Part shown: positions 49,344 through 61,394 of the stretch, piece by piece
How the letters are laid out: every line of letters begins with the position of its first letter
Numbering within the stretch: position 1 is the first letter of the stretch
Source: Acidobacteriota bacterium
Lineage (GTDB): Bacteria; Acidobacteriota; Vicinamibacteria; Marinacidobacterales; Marinacidobacteraceae
Direction of reading: 5' to 3'
Assembly: GCA_022828085.1 (NCBI GenBank)
Contig: JAJEIY010000036.1
Span: 151,783 to 215,782, forward strand
DNA: 64,000 bases
The notes under the pieces: model-generated
What the model was told of the DNA's origin: nothing
Databases searched by the model: none
The model's input: only the letters and a program-made list of their open reading frames with translations
Program-made: the position numbers and the translations under genes

Positions 49344-49451
49344 AGGACCTGGCAGCCTGTGGCAAAACCCCGGCGCGCGTGGACGGTCGCTGGCGAACCG
49401 GACCCGAAGTGGCGATAATCCGCCGACCCGCTCGCGGTGCGGAGGTGATCC

Positions 49452-50066
49452 ATCGATAGTTCTCTCAGGGTAAACGACCGAATACGAGCTCCCATCGTCC
49501 TGGTCATCGGCGAGGACGGCGAGAAACTTGGCGACTTCGCCCTGATGGATGCCCGGCGGCTGGCCGCCGACCGGGGACTCGATCTCGTCGAGATCGTGCC
49601 GAACCGGATCCCTCCGGTCTGCAAGATCATGAACTACGGCCGGTTCGTGTATCAGCAGAGCAAGAAATCCCAGGATTCCAAAAGACACCAGAAACAGAAC
49701 CAGGTCAAGGAGGTCAAGTTCCGCATCATCATCGGACAGCACGACCGCGCCACGAAGATGAAGCAGATTGAGCGTTTCCTCCATGAAGGTCACAAGGTCA
49801 AGGCCACGATCTGGTTCAAGCGGGCGCGGGAGCGGAGCCGCCGGGAACTGGGGGACCGCATCCTTGACGAGGTCACCGAGCAGCTCGCCGAGATCGCCAC
49901 GGTCGAATCCCGGTCGAGCGTGGTCGGCAACCAGATGAGCATGATCCTCGCTCCCAGCCGCCGTCTGCTCGAAGCGCTCAGGACCGAACGCGCCGGAAAA
50001 GCGGGGCCGGAGGACAACGCGCACGCGCCCCGCGTCCGTCGCGCCCAGCGCGCCGAAACCGGCTGA
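49452..50066 (+). CDS. infC: translation initiation factor IF-3, non-AUG (AUC) start
   Basis: Conserved N-terminal block [21 protein letters not shown] lies upstream of the first in-frame ATG (49545). An in-frame TGA at 49446-49448 limits the start to 49449-49470. GGAGG (49441-45) followed by ATC at 49452 fits the known AUU/AUC autoregulated infC start. Confidence 0.85.
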   Translation: MDSSLRVNDRIRAPIVLVIGEDGEKLGDFALMDARRLAADRGLDLVEIVPNRIPPVCKIMNYGRFVYQQSKKSQDSKRHQKQNQVKEVKFRIIIGQHDRATKMKQIERFLHEGHKVKATIWFKRARERSRRELGDRILDEVTEQLAEIATVESRSSVVGNQMSMILAPSRRLLEALRTERAGKAGPEDNAHAPRVRRAQRAETG

Positions 50067-50094
50067 ACCACACCACGCTGTCAGGAAGCCCATC

Positions 50095-50289
50095 ATGAAA
50101 CTCAAGATGAAGACCCACCGCGGGGCCGCAAAGCGGTTCCGCAAGACCGCCAGCGGCCGGGTGCGCCGCCGCTGCGCCTACCACAGCCACATTCTTACCA
50201 AGAAGTCCGCGAAGCGTCGCCGCCGCCTGCGCAGCGGGGCCTGGGTATTCGAGGGCGAAGCGAAGATGATCGCGCGGATCATCGGTTAG
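50095..50289 (+). CDS. rpmI: 50S ribosomal protein L35
   Basis: 64 aa, [21 protein letters not shown].... Confidence 0.9.
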   Translation: MKLKMKTHRGAAKRFRKTASGRVRRRCAYHSHILTKKSAKRRRRLRSGAWVFEGEAKMIARIIG

Positions 50290-50339
50290 ACAGCCGGAGT
50301 TCGTTCCGCCACCGCGCACAGAGAGTTGGAGAAGACACG

Positions 50340-50714
50340 ATGTCCCGAGTGAAACGCGGGACCCACCGGCGGGACCGGCGCCGGCGGGTTCTCAAACAGA
50401 CCCGAGGCTACCGCGGGATGCGCGGCAAGCTCTATCGGCACGCGATGCAGGCGCTCGATCGCGCCCTTTCGTATGCCTACCGCGACCGGCGCACCCGGAA
50501 GCGTGATTTCCGCCGCCTCTGGGTCACCCGCATCAGCGCCGCGAGCCGGGAGCGGGGGCTCCCGTACGCCCAGTTCGCGCACGGCCTGTCGCTCGCGGGC
50601 GTGGGGGTGAACCGGAAACAACTGGCGGAACTGGCGGTGCACGATCCGGGAGCGTTCGACTGTCTGGTGGACCGGGCGAGGGAGGCGCTCTCGGCCGGGT
50701 CCAGTTCCGAGTAG
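50340..50714 (+). CDS. rplT: 50S ribosomal protein L20
   Basis: MSRVKRGTHRRDRRRRVLKQTRGYRG... canonical L20. Confidence 0.93.
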   Translation: MSRVKRGTHRRDRRRRVLKQTRGYRGMRGKLYRHAMQALDRALSYAYRDRRTRKRDFRRLWVTRISAASRERGLPYAQFAHGLSLAGVGVNRKQLAELAVHDPGAFDCLVDRAREALSAGSSSE

Positions 50715-50722
50715 GCGCGTCC

Positions 50723-51004
50723 GTGTCCGATCCCGCCGCCGCCGTTCGGGGACTGCTGGAGGACGTCGAGCGGGCGGAATCCGCGTTCGAGCGGGTGAGC
50801 GGGCGGATCGCCGAGGCGACGGACGCGAGCGTTCGCGAGGCCCGGCGGGAGCGGGACGACCTCAGGGAAGGGGAGCAGGAGGCCAGAACCCGCGCGGAGC
50901 GGGCCGAGCGGGCCGCCGCGATCCTTCGTGACGAACGCGAGGTGATCCGGAAGGCGCTGCGTGCCGTCACCCAGGGGGATGGCGCCGGCGCGGAGCGGCA
51001 ATGA
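50723..51004 (+). CDS. hypothetical coiled-coil protein (possible ZapB-like partner)
   Basis: 93 aa, Glu/Arg-rich heptad-like sequence. GTG start 8 nt after rplT. Overlaps the zapA start (ATGA). Confidence 0.4.
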   Translation: MSDPAAAVRGLLEDVERAESAFERVSGRIAEATDASVREARRERDDLREGEQEARTRAERAERAAAILRDEREVIRKALRAVTQGDGAGAERQ

Positions 51005-51312
51005 GCGAGACCGTCGAAGTCGAGGTTGCCGGACGTTCGTACCGGTTGCGCTCGGACGAGGGGGGCGCCGACCTCGCGGCGGTCGCCCGGCTCGTGAACG
51101 AACGCATCGGGGAGATCCTGGAGGCGGCGCCGCACCTCGAAAAGGAGGAGGTCGCGATCCTGGCGGCGCTCAACATGGGGGATGAACTGCTGCGGCAGCG
51201 AGCGGCCGGCGAAGCCGGGCCGGCGGAGATCGAGGAGGCGGTGGCTGCCGTGCGGGGCCGGCTCGCCGAACTCGTCCGGCGGATGGAACAGGCGACCGCT
51301 TCTCCGGACTGA
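51001..51312 (+). CDS. zapA: cell division protein ZapA
   Basis: 103 aa; VEVEVAGRSYRLRSDEG... matches the ZapA family. Confidence 0.7.
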   Translation: MSETVEVEVAGRSYRLRSDEGGADLAAVARLVNERIGEILEAAPHLEKEEVAILAALNMGDELLRQRAAGEAGPAEIEEAVAAVRGRLAELVRRMEQATASPD

Positions 51313-51321
51313 CGCCGTTCG

Positions 51322-52434
51322 GTGGCGGGTGCCGGCTCGCGGCCCGTGGACAAGGCAACACGCACCGCCGCGACGGGAGAGGCGGGCAGTCCCGGAGACC
51401 GGTCAGCGGGCGTGGATCCGTTTCCGGCGCCGGCCACCGGCGAGGACCGGTTGCTCCGGCGCATCCTGGATGTTCTTCCGGTGCTTCCGGGAGGGAGTGG
51501 AGAGGGAGTTCCCCACCTGATCCTGGGACCGGGGGATGACGCCGCAGCCTTTGCCTGGCCGGGCGGCGGCACGCTCCTGCTGACGACGGACGCGGCCGAG
51601 GAAGGCGTCCACTTCGACCGCCGTCTTCATCCGCCGCGCGCCATCGGGCGCCGGGCCGTTGCCGCCGCGGTGAGCGACATCGCGGCGATGGGCGGCCGTC
51701 CCGCCGGCACGCTCATCTCTCTCGTGGCTCCCCCTGCCGAGGAGACGGCCGCGGCGCGGATCGCCGAGGCGGCGGCTGAGCGGGCCGCGGAGTTGGGAGC
51801 GCCGCTGGTGGGAGGGAACATCGCCGCCGGCGAACGGATCGGGCTCCACGTCGCGGTCGCCGGCTCCGGCACTCCAGGCGTCCCGCTTCTCCGGCGCTGC
51901 CGGGCGAAACCGGGGGACGGGCTCTTCGTCACCGGAAGCCTGGGCGGAGCGGCACTGGGCCTGTCCCTGTTGCGGCGGCGGGAGGCAGGGAAGACGATCC
52001 CCTTCGATCCGGAAGAGGAGGCGCTGGTGGCCCGGCAACTGGATCCGGCTCCCCGCCTGGAGGCGGGCGCGGCCCTCGCGGGCGCGGCGCACGCCGGGAT
52101 GGATATCTCGGACGGGTTGGCCCTCGATCTCCACCGCCTGGCCGCCGCCAGTGGCGTCGGGGCGTCGCTCGAGGAGGCCCGGGTCCCGCTCGCCGGCAAG
52201 GGCGCCGGAGCTCTCGAGGCGGCTCTCTTCGGGGGCGAGGACTACGAACTCCTGATCGCGGGGCCGGCGCAGCAGGTGCGCGCCGCGGCGGCAAGAGTGG
52301 CAGTTCCGCTGACCCGGGTGGGACGCGTCACGGGCGCGGACGAGGGCATCCGGATCGAGCGCGCGGACGGCGCGACCGAGCCGCTGCCGCGCCGCGGCTG
52401 GGACTCGTGGACCGCCGGGCGGAGTCCGGAATAG
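51322..52434 (+). CDS. thiL: thiamine-monophosphate kinase
   Basis: AIR-synthase-related fold (GDDAA, DISDGL). The start is uncertain: GTG at 51322 or GTG at 51412. Confidence 0.8.
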   Translation: MAGAGSRPVDKATRTAATGEAGSPGDRSAGVDPFPAPATGEDRLLRRILDVLPVLPGGSGEGVPHLILGPGDDAAAFAWPGGGTLLLTTDAAEEGVHFDRRLHPPRAIGRRAVAAAVSDIAAMGGRPAGTLISLVAPPAEETAAARIAEAAAERAAELGAPLVGGNIAAGERIGLHVAVAGSGTPGVPLLRRCRAKPGDGLFVTGSLGGAALGLSLLRRREAGKTIPFDPEEEALVARQLDPAPRLEAGAALAGAAHAGMDISDGLALDLHRLAAASGVGASLEEARVPLAGKGAGALEAALFGGEDYELLIAGPAQQVRAAAARVAVPLTRVGRVTGADEGIRIERADGATEPLPRRGWDSWTAGRSPE

Positions 52435-52436
52435 CT

Positions 52437-53846
52437 CTAAGCGGCCAGGGCAGCGCCCGCCGAAAGCAGCGCCGCCTCCTGCCAGGGAGGCGCCATCAAC
52501 TCGACGCCGAACGGCAGGCCGTCCCGCTCGCCGGCGGGGATCGCGAGTGCGGGAAGTCCGGCCAGGGAAGCCAGGATGGTGAACCGGTCCCCGTCGTAGT
52601 CCTGGCCCGCCTCGACGGGATCGGACAGGTGCCGGGGCGCCGTCCGCGCGATGGGGATCAACAGGAACTCTCCCCGGTCGAAGTGGCCGAGCAGCCGGTC
52701 CCGGATCGCCTTCCTCGCCGCGGTGGCCGCCGCGTAGACGGCATCCCGGTAGCCCTGCGAGAGAACCGTGGTCCCCAGCAGGATCCGCAGGCGCACCTCG
52801 TCTCCGAATCCGGCGGTCCGGCTGGCGCGTATCGCGGCGGCGAGGGTTCCGTCACCCTCCGCGCGGCTGCCGTAGCGCATGCCGTCGAAGCGGGCGAGGT
52901 TCGAACTGGCTTCCGCGCAGGCCAGGACGTAGTAGGCGGAGATGGTCGTGACCGCTTCCGGCAGACGGAACCGGCGGATCGTCGATCCTCCCGCTTCGAA
53001 CCGGCGAAGCACCCGGTGGAACGCCGTCCGCGAGGGGGAGTCCAGGATCGCGACGTCCTCGTCGCTGCACGCCACGACGGTGCCGGGAAAGGTGGGGCGG
53101 GTGGCGGCCGCCGCGAAGTCCGGCACCTCCCGATCGGCGCTCGTCGCATCACGGGGGTCGGCTCCGGAGATGACCGAAAGAACCCGGCCGATATCTCCGG
53201 GATGCGCCGCGAGGCAGCCGACCTGATCGAACGAGGACGCGTAAGCGGTGATCCCGAAACGGGAGACGCGCCCGTAGGTGGGACGGATCCCGAAGATGCC
53301 GGTGTGCGCCGCCGGGAGGCGGACCGAGCCCCCGGTATCGGTTCCGAGGGCTACCGGGACCGCACCGGAGGCGACGGCCGCCGCCGGACCTCCCGACGAC
53401 CCGCCGACGATGCGCTCGGGATCCGCCGGGTTCCGGGTCGGGCCCCGGAACCCGCTCGTGGTGGCGGAACCCATGCCGAACTCGTCGAGGTTCGTGGTGC
53501 CGAGAATCACCGCGCCGGCCCGCCGGAGCCGTTCCACCACGGTGGCGTCGTAGGGTGCCCGGTAGTTGCCGAGCACCGCGGACCCGGAGGTCGACGGCAA
53601 CCCGCGGACCGCGATGTTGTCCTTCACCGCGACCGGGAGTCCGAAGAGCGGTCCCCGGGCGGCCGGTGGCTGCTGCGCGAGGCGCCGGGCGGTCGTCGTA
53701 GCGCCCTCCCGGTCGAGGTGCAGGAACGCGTGGATACGCCGGTCGACTGCTTCGGCGTGGTCGAGCGCGGCCGCGGTCGCCCCTGGCAGGTCGCGGCCGC
53801 CGGACGGCAGCGGGAACCCGGACGGGTCTTCCCCGGCGGGCGTCAC
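52437..53846 (-). CDS. gatA: Asp-tRNA(Asn)/Glu-tRNA(Gln) amidotransferase subunit A (amidase signature family)
   Basis: 469 aa; amidase signature GGSSGGPAAAVA, catalytic K (VKDN) and Ser-cisSer. The overlapping gatC upstream supports the GatA assignment. Confidence 0.85.
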   Translation of the reverse strand: MTPAGEDPSGFPLPSGGRDLPGATAAALDHAEAVDRRIHAFLHLDREGATTTARRLAQQPPAARGPLFGLPVAVKDNIAVRGLPSTSGSAVLGNYRAPYDATVVERLRRAGAVILGTTNLDEFGMGSATTSGFRGPTRNPADPERIVGGSSGGPAAAVASGAVPVALGTDTGGSVRLPAAHTGIFGIRPTYGRVSRFGITAYASSFDQVGCLAAHPGDIGRVLSVISGADPRDATSADREVPDFAAAATRPTFPGTVVACSDEDVAILDSPSRTAFHRVLRRFEAGGSTIRRFRLPEAVTTISAYYVLACAEASSNLARFDGMRYGSRAEGDGTLAAAIRASRTAGFGDEVRLRILLGTTVLSQGYRDAVYAAATAARKAIRDRLLGHFDRGEFLLIPIARTAPRHLSDPVEAGQDYDGDRFTILASLAGLPALAIPAGERDGLPFGVELMAPPWQEAALLSAGAALAA

Positions 53847-54160
53847 GACCCGCCTCCGAGCACCCGCGGAACCTGAACGAAACGCTCGCCGCGCTCGGGA
53901 GCGAGTTCGAACGCCTTGCCGTCCGGGAAACCGCCTTGCGGCTCGTCGGGACGGAGCGGACAGGCGGCACCCTCGCCGGAAGATCCTCCGGGTTGCGCTT
54001 CGGGCTCGGTTCTGGCGGTCTCCACGACCCGCGACGTGTACGTCCCGAGCACCTTGCGGGCGGCCAGCAGGTTGCGTGTCCGCGTTTCTCCCTCGGGAGG
54101 CGCGACCGACGCTAGGGCCGCGATGCGGAAGAACTCGTCGCTCTTGATGCCGTCCGCCAC
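53843..54160 (-). CDS. gatC: Asp-tRNA(Asn)/Glu-tRNA(Gln) amidotransferase subunit C
   Basis: My own translation: VADGIKSDEFFRIAALASVAPPEGETRTRNLLAARKVLGTYTSRVVETARTEPEAQPG...LRPDEP.... Stop overlaps the gatA GTG (GTGA). Start is GTG 54160 or TTG 54172. It is the 3' end of a spurious 667-aa ORF. Confidence 0.6.
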   Translation of the reverse strand: MADGIKSDEFFRIAALASVAPPEGETRTRNLLAARKVLGTYTSRVVETARTEPEAQPGGSSGEGAACPLRPDEPQGGFPDGKAFELAPERGERFVQVPRVLGGGS

Positions 54161-54205
54161 CCGGTGCCCCAATGATCCAGTGCGGCCGCGAGTATAGTCG
54201 GGCCG

Positions 54206-55546
54206 GTGCGGCGTCCCGGCGGTAACTCCAGCGCCCTGAACCCTGCGGGCGCCCTGCTCCTGACCGCGATCTGGGCGTGCGGGGGCGGCCCCGCGCCGCC
54301 TCCGGGAGCGGACTTCGCGGCCGAGTCCTTCGTGTTCCCGGCCGAGTTCGAACCGCACCGTGCCCTCTGGATGGCGTGGCCGACCTACGAGAACAAGCGG
54401 GGGCTGCCGACGGAGCCGCTCCTCATCGAGATCATCCGCGCCACGGAGGGCAGGGTGGCCATCGAACTGCTGGCCCAGGATGACGGCGAAGCGGCTGCCA
54501 TCCGCGAGCGCTTTCGCCGCGAGGGGGTTCCGGACGGCCACGTGACCGTCCACGCCGTGCCGCACGGCGACATCTGGATGCGGGATATGGGACCGATCTT
54601 CGTGCGGGGTAACCGGGGCGGTCTCCGAATTGTCGATTTCGGATTCAACATGTGGGGTTACGAGTCTCCGGACAGCCCCAACTCCCGGCTTGAAGAAGCG
54701 GTGGACCGCCAGGTCGCGGAGCTGCTCGGCCTGGAGGTGGAAAAGTCGACGCTGATCAGCGAGGGCGGCTCCCGCGAGTTCAACGGCAGGGGCGTGATGA
54801 TCGCCGTGGAGGCGGTGGAGTTGCAGCGCAACCCGGGATGGACGCTCGAAGCCATGGATGAGGAGTTCCGGCGTACCCTGGGAGTCTCCAAGGTCATCTG
54901 GCTCGCCGAAGGCATGGCCGAGGATGAACTCACGTTCCGGGGACGGCTCCCCGGCGGCGTCTACACCGTCATCACCACGGGCGGGCACGTGGACGAGTTC
55001 GCCCGGTTCGCGGACCCGGAGACCATCCTGCTCGCGGAAATCACCGAAGAAGAGCGCCGCACGGACCCGATCGCGGCGATCAGCCACGAACGGTTGGAGG
55101 AGAGTTTCCGGAGGCTGAGCGCCGCGACGGACCAGGACGGGAGTCCCTTCCGTATCGTGCGCGTGCCCGCGCCGGATTCGCTCTTCGACACGATGCGGGC
55201 CGGAGACGGGGTGTTCGACTACATCCAGCCGCTCGAATACGAGGACGGATCCTCGATCGCGCCGGACGACGAGATCAAGGTGGTCGCGGCGGCGAGCTAT
55301 CTGAACTTCCAGGTGACCAACGGCCTCGTGCTGGCCCAGAAGTACTGGAAGCCCGGCATGCCGGAGAGCCTGAGGGAAAAGGACGAACGCGCGCTCGCCA
55401 TCCTCGGTGAGGTGTTCCCGGGCCGCGAAGTGCTGCCCCTCGACGCGATGGCGGTGAACCTCGGCGGCGGCGGAATTCACTGCGTTCTCCAACAGGAACC
55501 GGAACGCGTCGGAGCGCCGGCCTCCGGCCGGCATCGCCGACCGTAG
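54206..55546 (+). CDS. aguA: agmatine deiminase family protein (Porphyromonas-type peptidyl-arginine deiminase fold) with N-terminal signal peptide
   Basis: 446 aa; core FPAEFEPHRALWMAWP...GGGIHCVLQQ (catalytic Cys) matches the AguA family; about 35-aa cleavable N-terminal extension (LLLTAIWACGGG). Confidence 0.85.
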   Translation: MRRPGGNSSALNPAGALLLTAIWACGGGPAPPPGADFAAESFVFPAEFEPHRALWMAWPTYENKRGLPTEPLLIEIIRATEGRVAIELLAQDDGEAAAIRERFRREGVPDGHVTVHAVPHGDIWMRDMGPIFVRGNRGGLRIVDFGFNMWGYESPDSPNSRLEEAVDRQVAELLGLEVEKSTLISEGGSREFNGRGVMIAVEAVELQRNPGWTLEAMDEEFRRTLGVSKVIWLAEGMAEDELTFRGRLPGGVYTVITTGGHVDEFARFADPETILLAEITEEERRTDPIAAISHERLEESFRRLSAATDQDGSPFRIVRVPAPDSLFDTMRAGDGVFDYIQPLEYEDGSSIAPDDEIKVVAAASYLNFQVTNGLVLAQKYWKPGMPESLREKDERALAILGEVFPGREVLPLDAMAVNLGGGGIHCVLQQEPERVGAPASGRHRRP

Positions 55547-55604
55547 GGAGGCGAGACGCCGGCGTGAGCAGCGGTAGCGAACGCCCGCCGAGAGTCCTCG
55601 GCGC

Positions 55605-56984
55605 GTGAGCGGCGCGGAGGGTTGGGGCGCGCTCAGCCTGATTCCCACCCTCGCGGTGCTGGGGCTCGCGGTATGGACCCGCCGGCCTCTGGAAGCCCTG
55701 ATCTTCGGATCGCTGCTCGGCCACCTGATGCTCTCGCGGGGGGGCTTTGTGGGAGCGTTCCTCGAGAACGCCCAGTCGGTGATGGCCGAGCCGGCGAGCG
55801 TCTGGGTGGTCCTGGTGGTGATGCTCTTCGGAGCTCTCATCGGCATCCTGGCCCGCGCCGGAGGGTCGAGAGCGTTCGGCGAGGCGCTCTCCCGGCGGCT
55901 TCGGACCCGGCGTGGCGTCCTGCTGGGCGCCTTCGGTCTTGGCGTCGTGACCTTCGTCGACGACTACCTGAACGCGCTGGCGGTCGGGGCGGCGTTTCGG
56001 GGCGCGGCGGACCGGATCGGCATCTCGCGGGCCCGCCTCGCCTACGTGGTGGACAGCACGGCGGCGCCCATCTGCGTGCTGGTTCCCGCTTCGACCTGGA
56101 CGGTTTTCATCGCCGGGCTTTTCGAGGCGAACGGACTTGCCGAAGCAGGTGGGGGCATCGGTCTCTATGTCTCCCTGATCCCGTATCTCCTCTATCCGTG
56201 GTTCGCGATCCTGTTGGTGTTCGCGGTGATCCTGGGGGCGGTCCGCGATCTCGGGCCGATGGCGGACGCCGAGCGCCGACTCCGTTCGGGAGCGACTCCG
56301 GTGACCGCGGCCCTCGACGAGAGCCTCGAACCGGCGACGACCCAGGCGCCGGCGCGTCCCGGCCTTCGCACCCCGGCCTTCCTGGTCCCGATCCTGGTCC
56401 TGCCGGCGGCCACCCTGGCGCTCGGCGGGGACGCGCTCTTCGGCGTGGTGGCGGCTTTGGGAGTTGCCCTGGCGCTGACGGCGCTCGTGCGGCCGGCGGG
56501 CGGCCTGGGACCCGTCGCCGACGGCGCGTTCCTCGGCATGGAAAAGATGGTCTATCCCCTGGGGATCGTGCTCGTCTCCTTCATCCTGCGGGACGTGAAC
56601 GCGGCACTCGGGCTGACCCAATTCGTCATCGGGAGCGTGCAACCGATCGCGAGCGCCTGGATGCTGCCGGCGCTCGTGTTCGTGACTCTGTCGGGAGTGG
56701 CGTTCGCCACCGGGTCGTTCTGGGGGGCCTACACGGTCAGCATGCCGGTCGTCGTCGGGCTCGCTGCCGAGTTGGGGGCTCCGCTGCTGCTGACGCTCGG
56801 AGCGCTGGTTTCGGCGGGCGCCTTCGGCTCCCACGCCTGCTTCTACGGTGACGCCACGGTGCTCGCCGCGCGGAGCGCCGGGTGTTCGATCATGGAGCAC
56901 GTCAGGACGCAGTTCCCCTACGCCCTCATCGGCGCCGGAGCCGCACTCGCCGGTTTCGTGCTGCTCGGCCTGGTGGCCGGGTAG
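55605..56984 (+). CDS. nhaC: Na+/H+ antiporter NhaC family
   Basis: 459 aa polytopic, NhaC-type. Confidence 0.75.
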   Translation: MSGAEGWGALSLIPTLAVLGLAVWTRRPLEALIFGSLLGHLMLSRGGFVGAFLENAQSVMAEPASVWVVLVVMLFGALIGILARAGGSRAFGEALSRRLRTRRGVLLGAFGLGVVTFVDDYLNALAVGAAFRGAADRIGISRARLAYVVDSTAAPICVLVPASTWTVFIAGLFEANGLAEAGGGIGLYVSLIPYLLYPWFAILLVFAVILGAVRDLGPMADAERRLRSGATPVTAALDESLEPATTQAPARPGLRTPAFLVPILVLPAATLALGGDALFGVVAALGVALALTALVRPAGGLGPVADGAFLGMEKMVYPLGIVLVSFILRDVNAALGLTQFVIGSVQPIASAWMLPALVFVTLSGVAFATGSFWGAYTVSMPVVVGLAAELGAPLLLTLGALVSAGAFGSHACFYGDATVLAARSAGCSIMEHVRTQFPYALIGAGAALAGFVLLGLVAG

Positions 56985-57063
56985 CGGGTGCAGTCCGGGG
57001 GTCGGCGATCGAAGCGTGCTCCCGGGCTATTGCCGGAGTGCCCGATGAGGGCAGAATTGGCCC

Positions 57064-57951
57064 ATGCAGGCTGACCGGGAATCGGGCGGGCGCGCCCGGC
57101 TTGCCCTGATCCAGCGGGCGATCGAGCCCGAGCGGGATGCCGCCCACCGGGGCGCCGTGGAGGCCGTCCGCGCCGCGGCGGCCGGCGGCGCGCAGATCGT
57201 CGCTCTGCCCGAGCTGTACGACCTCCCGTACTTCCCGCGGCAGGTGGCGGTGGAAGGTTGGCGGCTGGCGGAGCGGCAGCCGTCGGACCGGGTTCGGGAA
57301 CTGGGCCGGCTCGCCGCCGAGCTCGGCATCGTGCTGGTCGTACCGGTCTTCGAGGAAGCGGCCCCCGGGGTGCTCTTCAACGCCGCGGTGCTCTACGACG
57401 CCGACGGCAGGCAACTGGGCCTCTACCGCAAGAACCACATTCCGGACGGGCCCGGCTACCACGAGAAGTACTACTTCACGCCCGGCGATACCGGTTATCC
57501 CGTGTGGGAAACGGCGTTCGGCCGGGTCGGGGTGGGGGTCTGCTGGGACTCATGGTTCCCCGAGACGGCGCGCCTCCTCGCGCTTGGCGGCGCCGACCTG
57601 CTGCTCTTCCCCACCGCGATCGGCAGCGAGCCGGATCGTCCGGGCTATTCGTCGGAGGATGCCTGGCGGACGGTCATGCGCGGTCACGCCATCGCGAACG
57701 GCGTCTTCGTCGGAGCCCCCAACCGGGTGGGGGTCGAGGGTCCCATGACCTACTACGGCGGAAGCTTCGTGTGCGACCCCTTCGGCGAGGTGGTCGCCCG
57801 CGCCGGCACGGATCCCGACATCGTGTTCGCCGATCTCGACTTCGGCAGGAATCGGGAACTGCGGGAACTGCTCCAGTTCTTCCGGGACCGGCGGACGGAC
57901 ACCTACGGCGGACTGCTGCGGGTCTCGCCCGGCCCCGGGAAAGCGCGTTAG
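57064..57951 (+). CDS. aguB: N-carbamoylputrescine amidase (carbon-nitrogen hydrolase family)
   Basis: 295 aa; nitrilase-superfamily E-K-C triad context (VCWDSWFPE) and high similarity to AguB/CPA. Confidence 0.85.
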   Translation: MQADRESGGRARLALIQRAIEPERDAAHRGAVEAVRAAAAGGAQIVALPELYDLPYFPRQVAVEGWRLAERQPSDRVRELGRLAAELGIVLVVPVFEEAAPGVLFNAAVLYDADGRQLGLYRKNHIPDGPGYHEKYYFTPGDTGYPVWETAFGRVGVGVCWDSWFPETARLLALGGADLLLFPTAIGSEPDRPGYSSEDAWRTVMRGHAIANGVFVGAPNRVGVEGPMTYYGGSFVCDPFGEVVARAGTDPDIVFADLDFGRNRELRELLQFFRDRRTDTYGGLLRVSPGPGKAR

Positions 57952-57957
57952 CCAGCC

Positions 57958-58683
57958 GTGGACAACGCGCGCGTCCGCGAGCAGGTCTTCCTGACCCTCG
58001 CCGCGGTCTTCATTGCGGCGCTGATCGCCTGCAACCTGATCTTCCGGAAGTTCTTCGTGTGGGAGATTCCCGCCCTCGGCCTGATCGGCCTGAGCCCGCA
58101 GATGGAACTCTCGGTGGGGATCCTGGCGTATCCGGTCACCTTCATCTGCACGGACGTCCTGTCGGAGTTCTACGGCCGCCGGCGGGTGAGCCAACTGGTG
58201 ACCGCCGGATTCTTCGCCAGCGTGTTCGTGGTGGGACTGGTGATGCTCTCCAACTGGCTGCCCGCGGCGAGCTGGAGCGCCGTGGACGACCCGACGTTCG
58301 ATCTGGTCTTCGGGATTCAGGGGGTTGCGGTCACGGCTTCCATGTGCGCCTACCTGGGTGCGCAGTACCTCGACATCCGGCTCTTCCACTACTGGAAGCG
58401 AAGGACGGCGGGACGCCATCTGTGGCTTCGGAACAACGCCTCCACGTTCACCTCGCAACTCGTGGACACGATCCTCGTGACCACCATCCTCGCTTTGCTC
58501 GGGGCAAGCGAGATCACCCCGGAGCGGCTCCCGATCCTGATCGCCAACGGTGTGGTCTTCAAGTGGTTCGTCGCCGTCGTCGACACCCCGCTCGTCTACG
58601 GGGCGGTGTGGTTCATGAGAAACCGGCTCGGCATCGAGGAAGCTCCGGCGGACGAGACGCGGGCGCGAACCGGGACCCGCTGA
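57958..58683 (+). CDS. yhhQ: queuosine precursor transporter (YhhQ/VUT family, DUF165)
   Basis: 241 aa, 6 TM; conserved TFICTDVLSEFYG and NWL motifs. Confidence 0.8.
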   Translation: MDNARVREQVFLTLAAVFIAALIACNLIFRKFFVWEIPALGLIGLSPQMELSVGILAYPVTFICTDVLSEFYGRRRVSQLVTAGFFASVFVVGLVMLSNWLPAASWSAVDDPTFDLVFGIQGVAVTASMCAYLGAQYLDIRLFHYWKRRTAGRHLWLRNNASTFTSQLVDTILVTTILALLGASEITPERLPILIANGVVFKWFVAVVDTPLVYGAVWFMRNRLGIEEAPADETRARTGTR

Positions 58684-58693
58684 CGGCCGCCTC

Positions 58694-58716
58694 CGGGCGG
58701 GGCCGCCGCGCCCGGG
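58694..58716. terminator. GC hairpin between convergent yhhQ and alaS
   Basis: CCGGGCG-(9 nt)-CGCCCGG inverted repeat in the 35-nt gap. Confidence 0.3.
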
Positions 58717-58718
58717 GG

Positions 58719-61390
<2,672 letters not shown>

Positions 61391-61394
<4 letters not shown>

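Noticed and set aside
49545-50066. infC starting at the first ATG
   Set aside because: It would delete 31 conserved N-terminal residues. An upstream SD plus AUC start explains the gene better.
53843-55846. 667-aa minus-strand ORF
   Set aside because: Only the 3' ~105 codons (gatC) are genuine. The remainder is antisense to aguA, whose plus-strand frame carries the GGGIHC catalytic motif.
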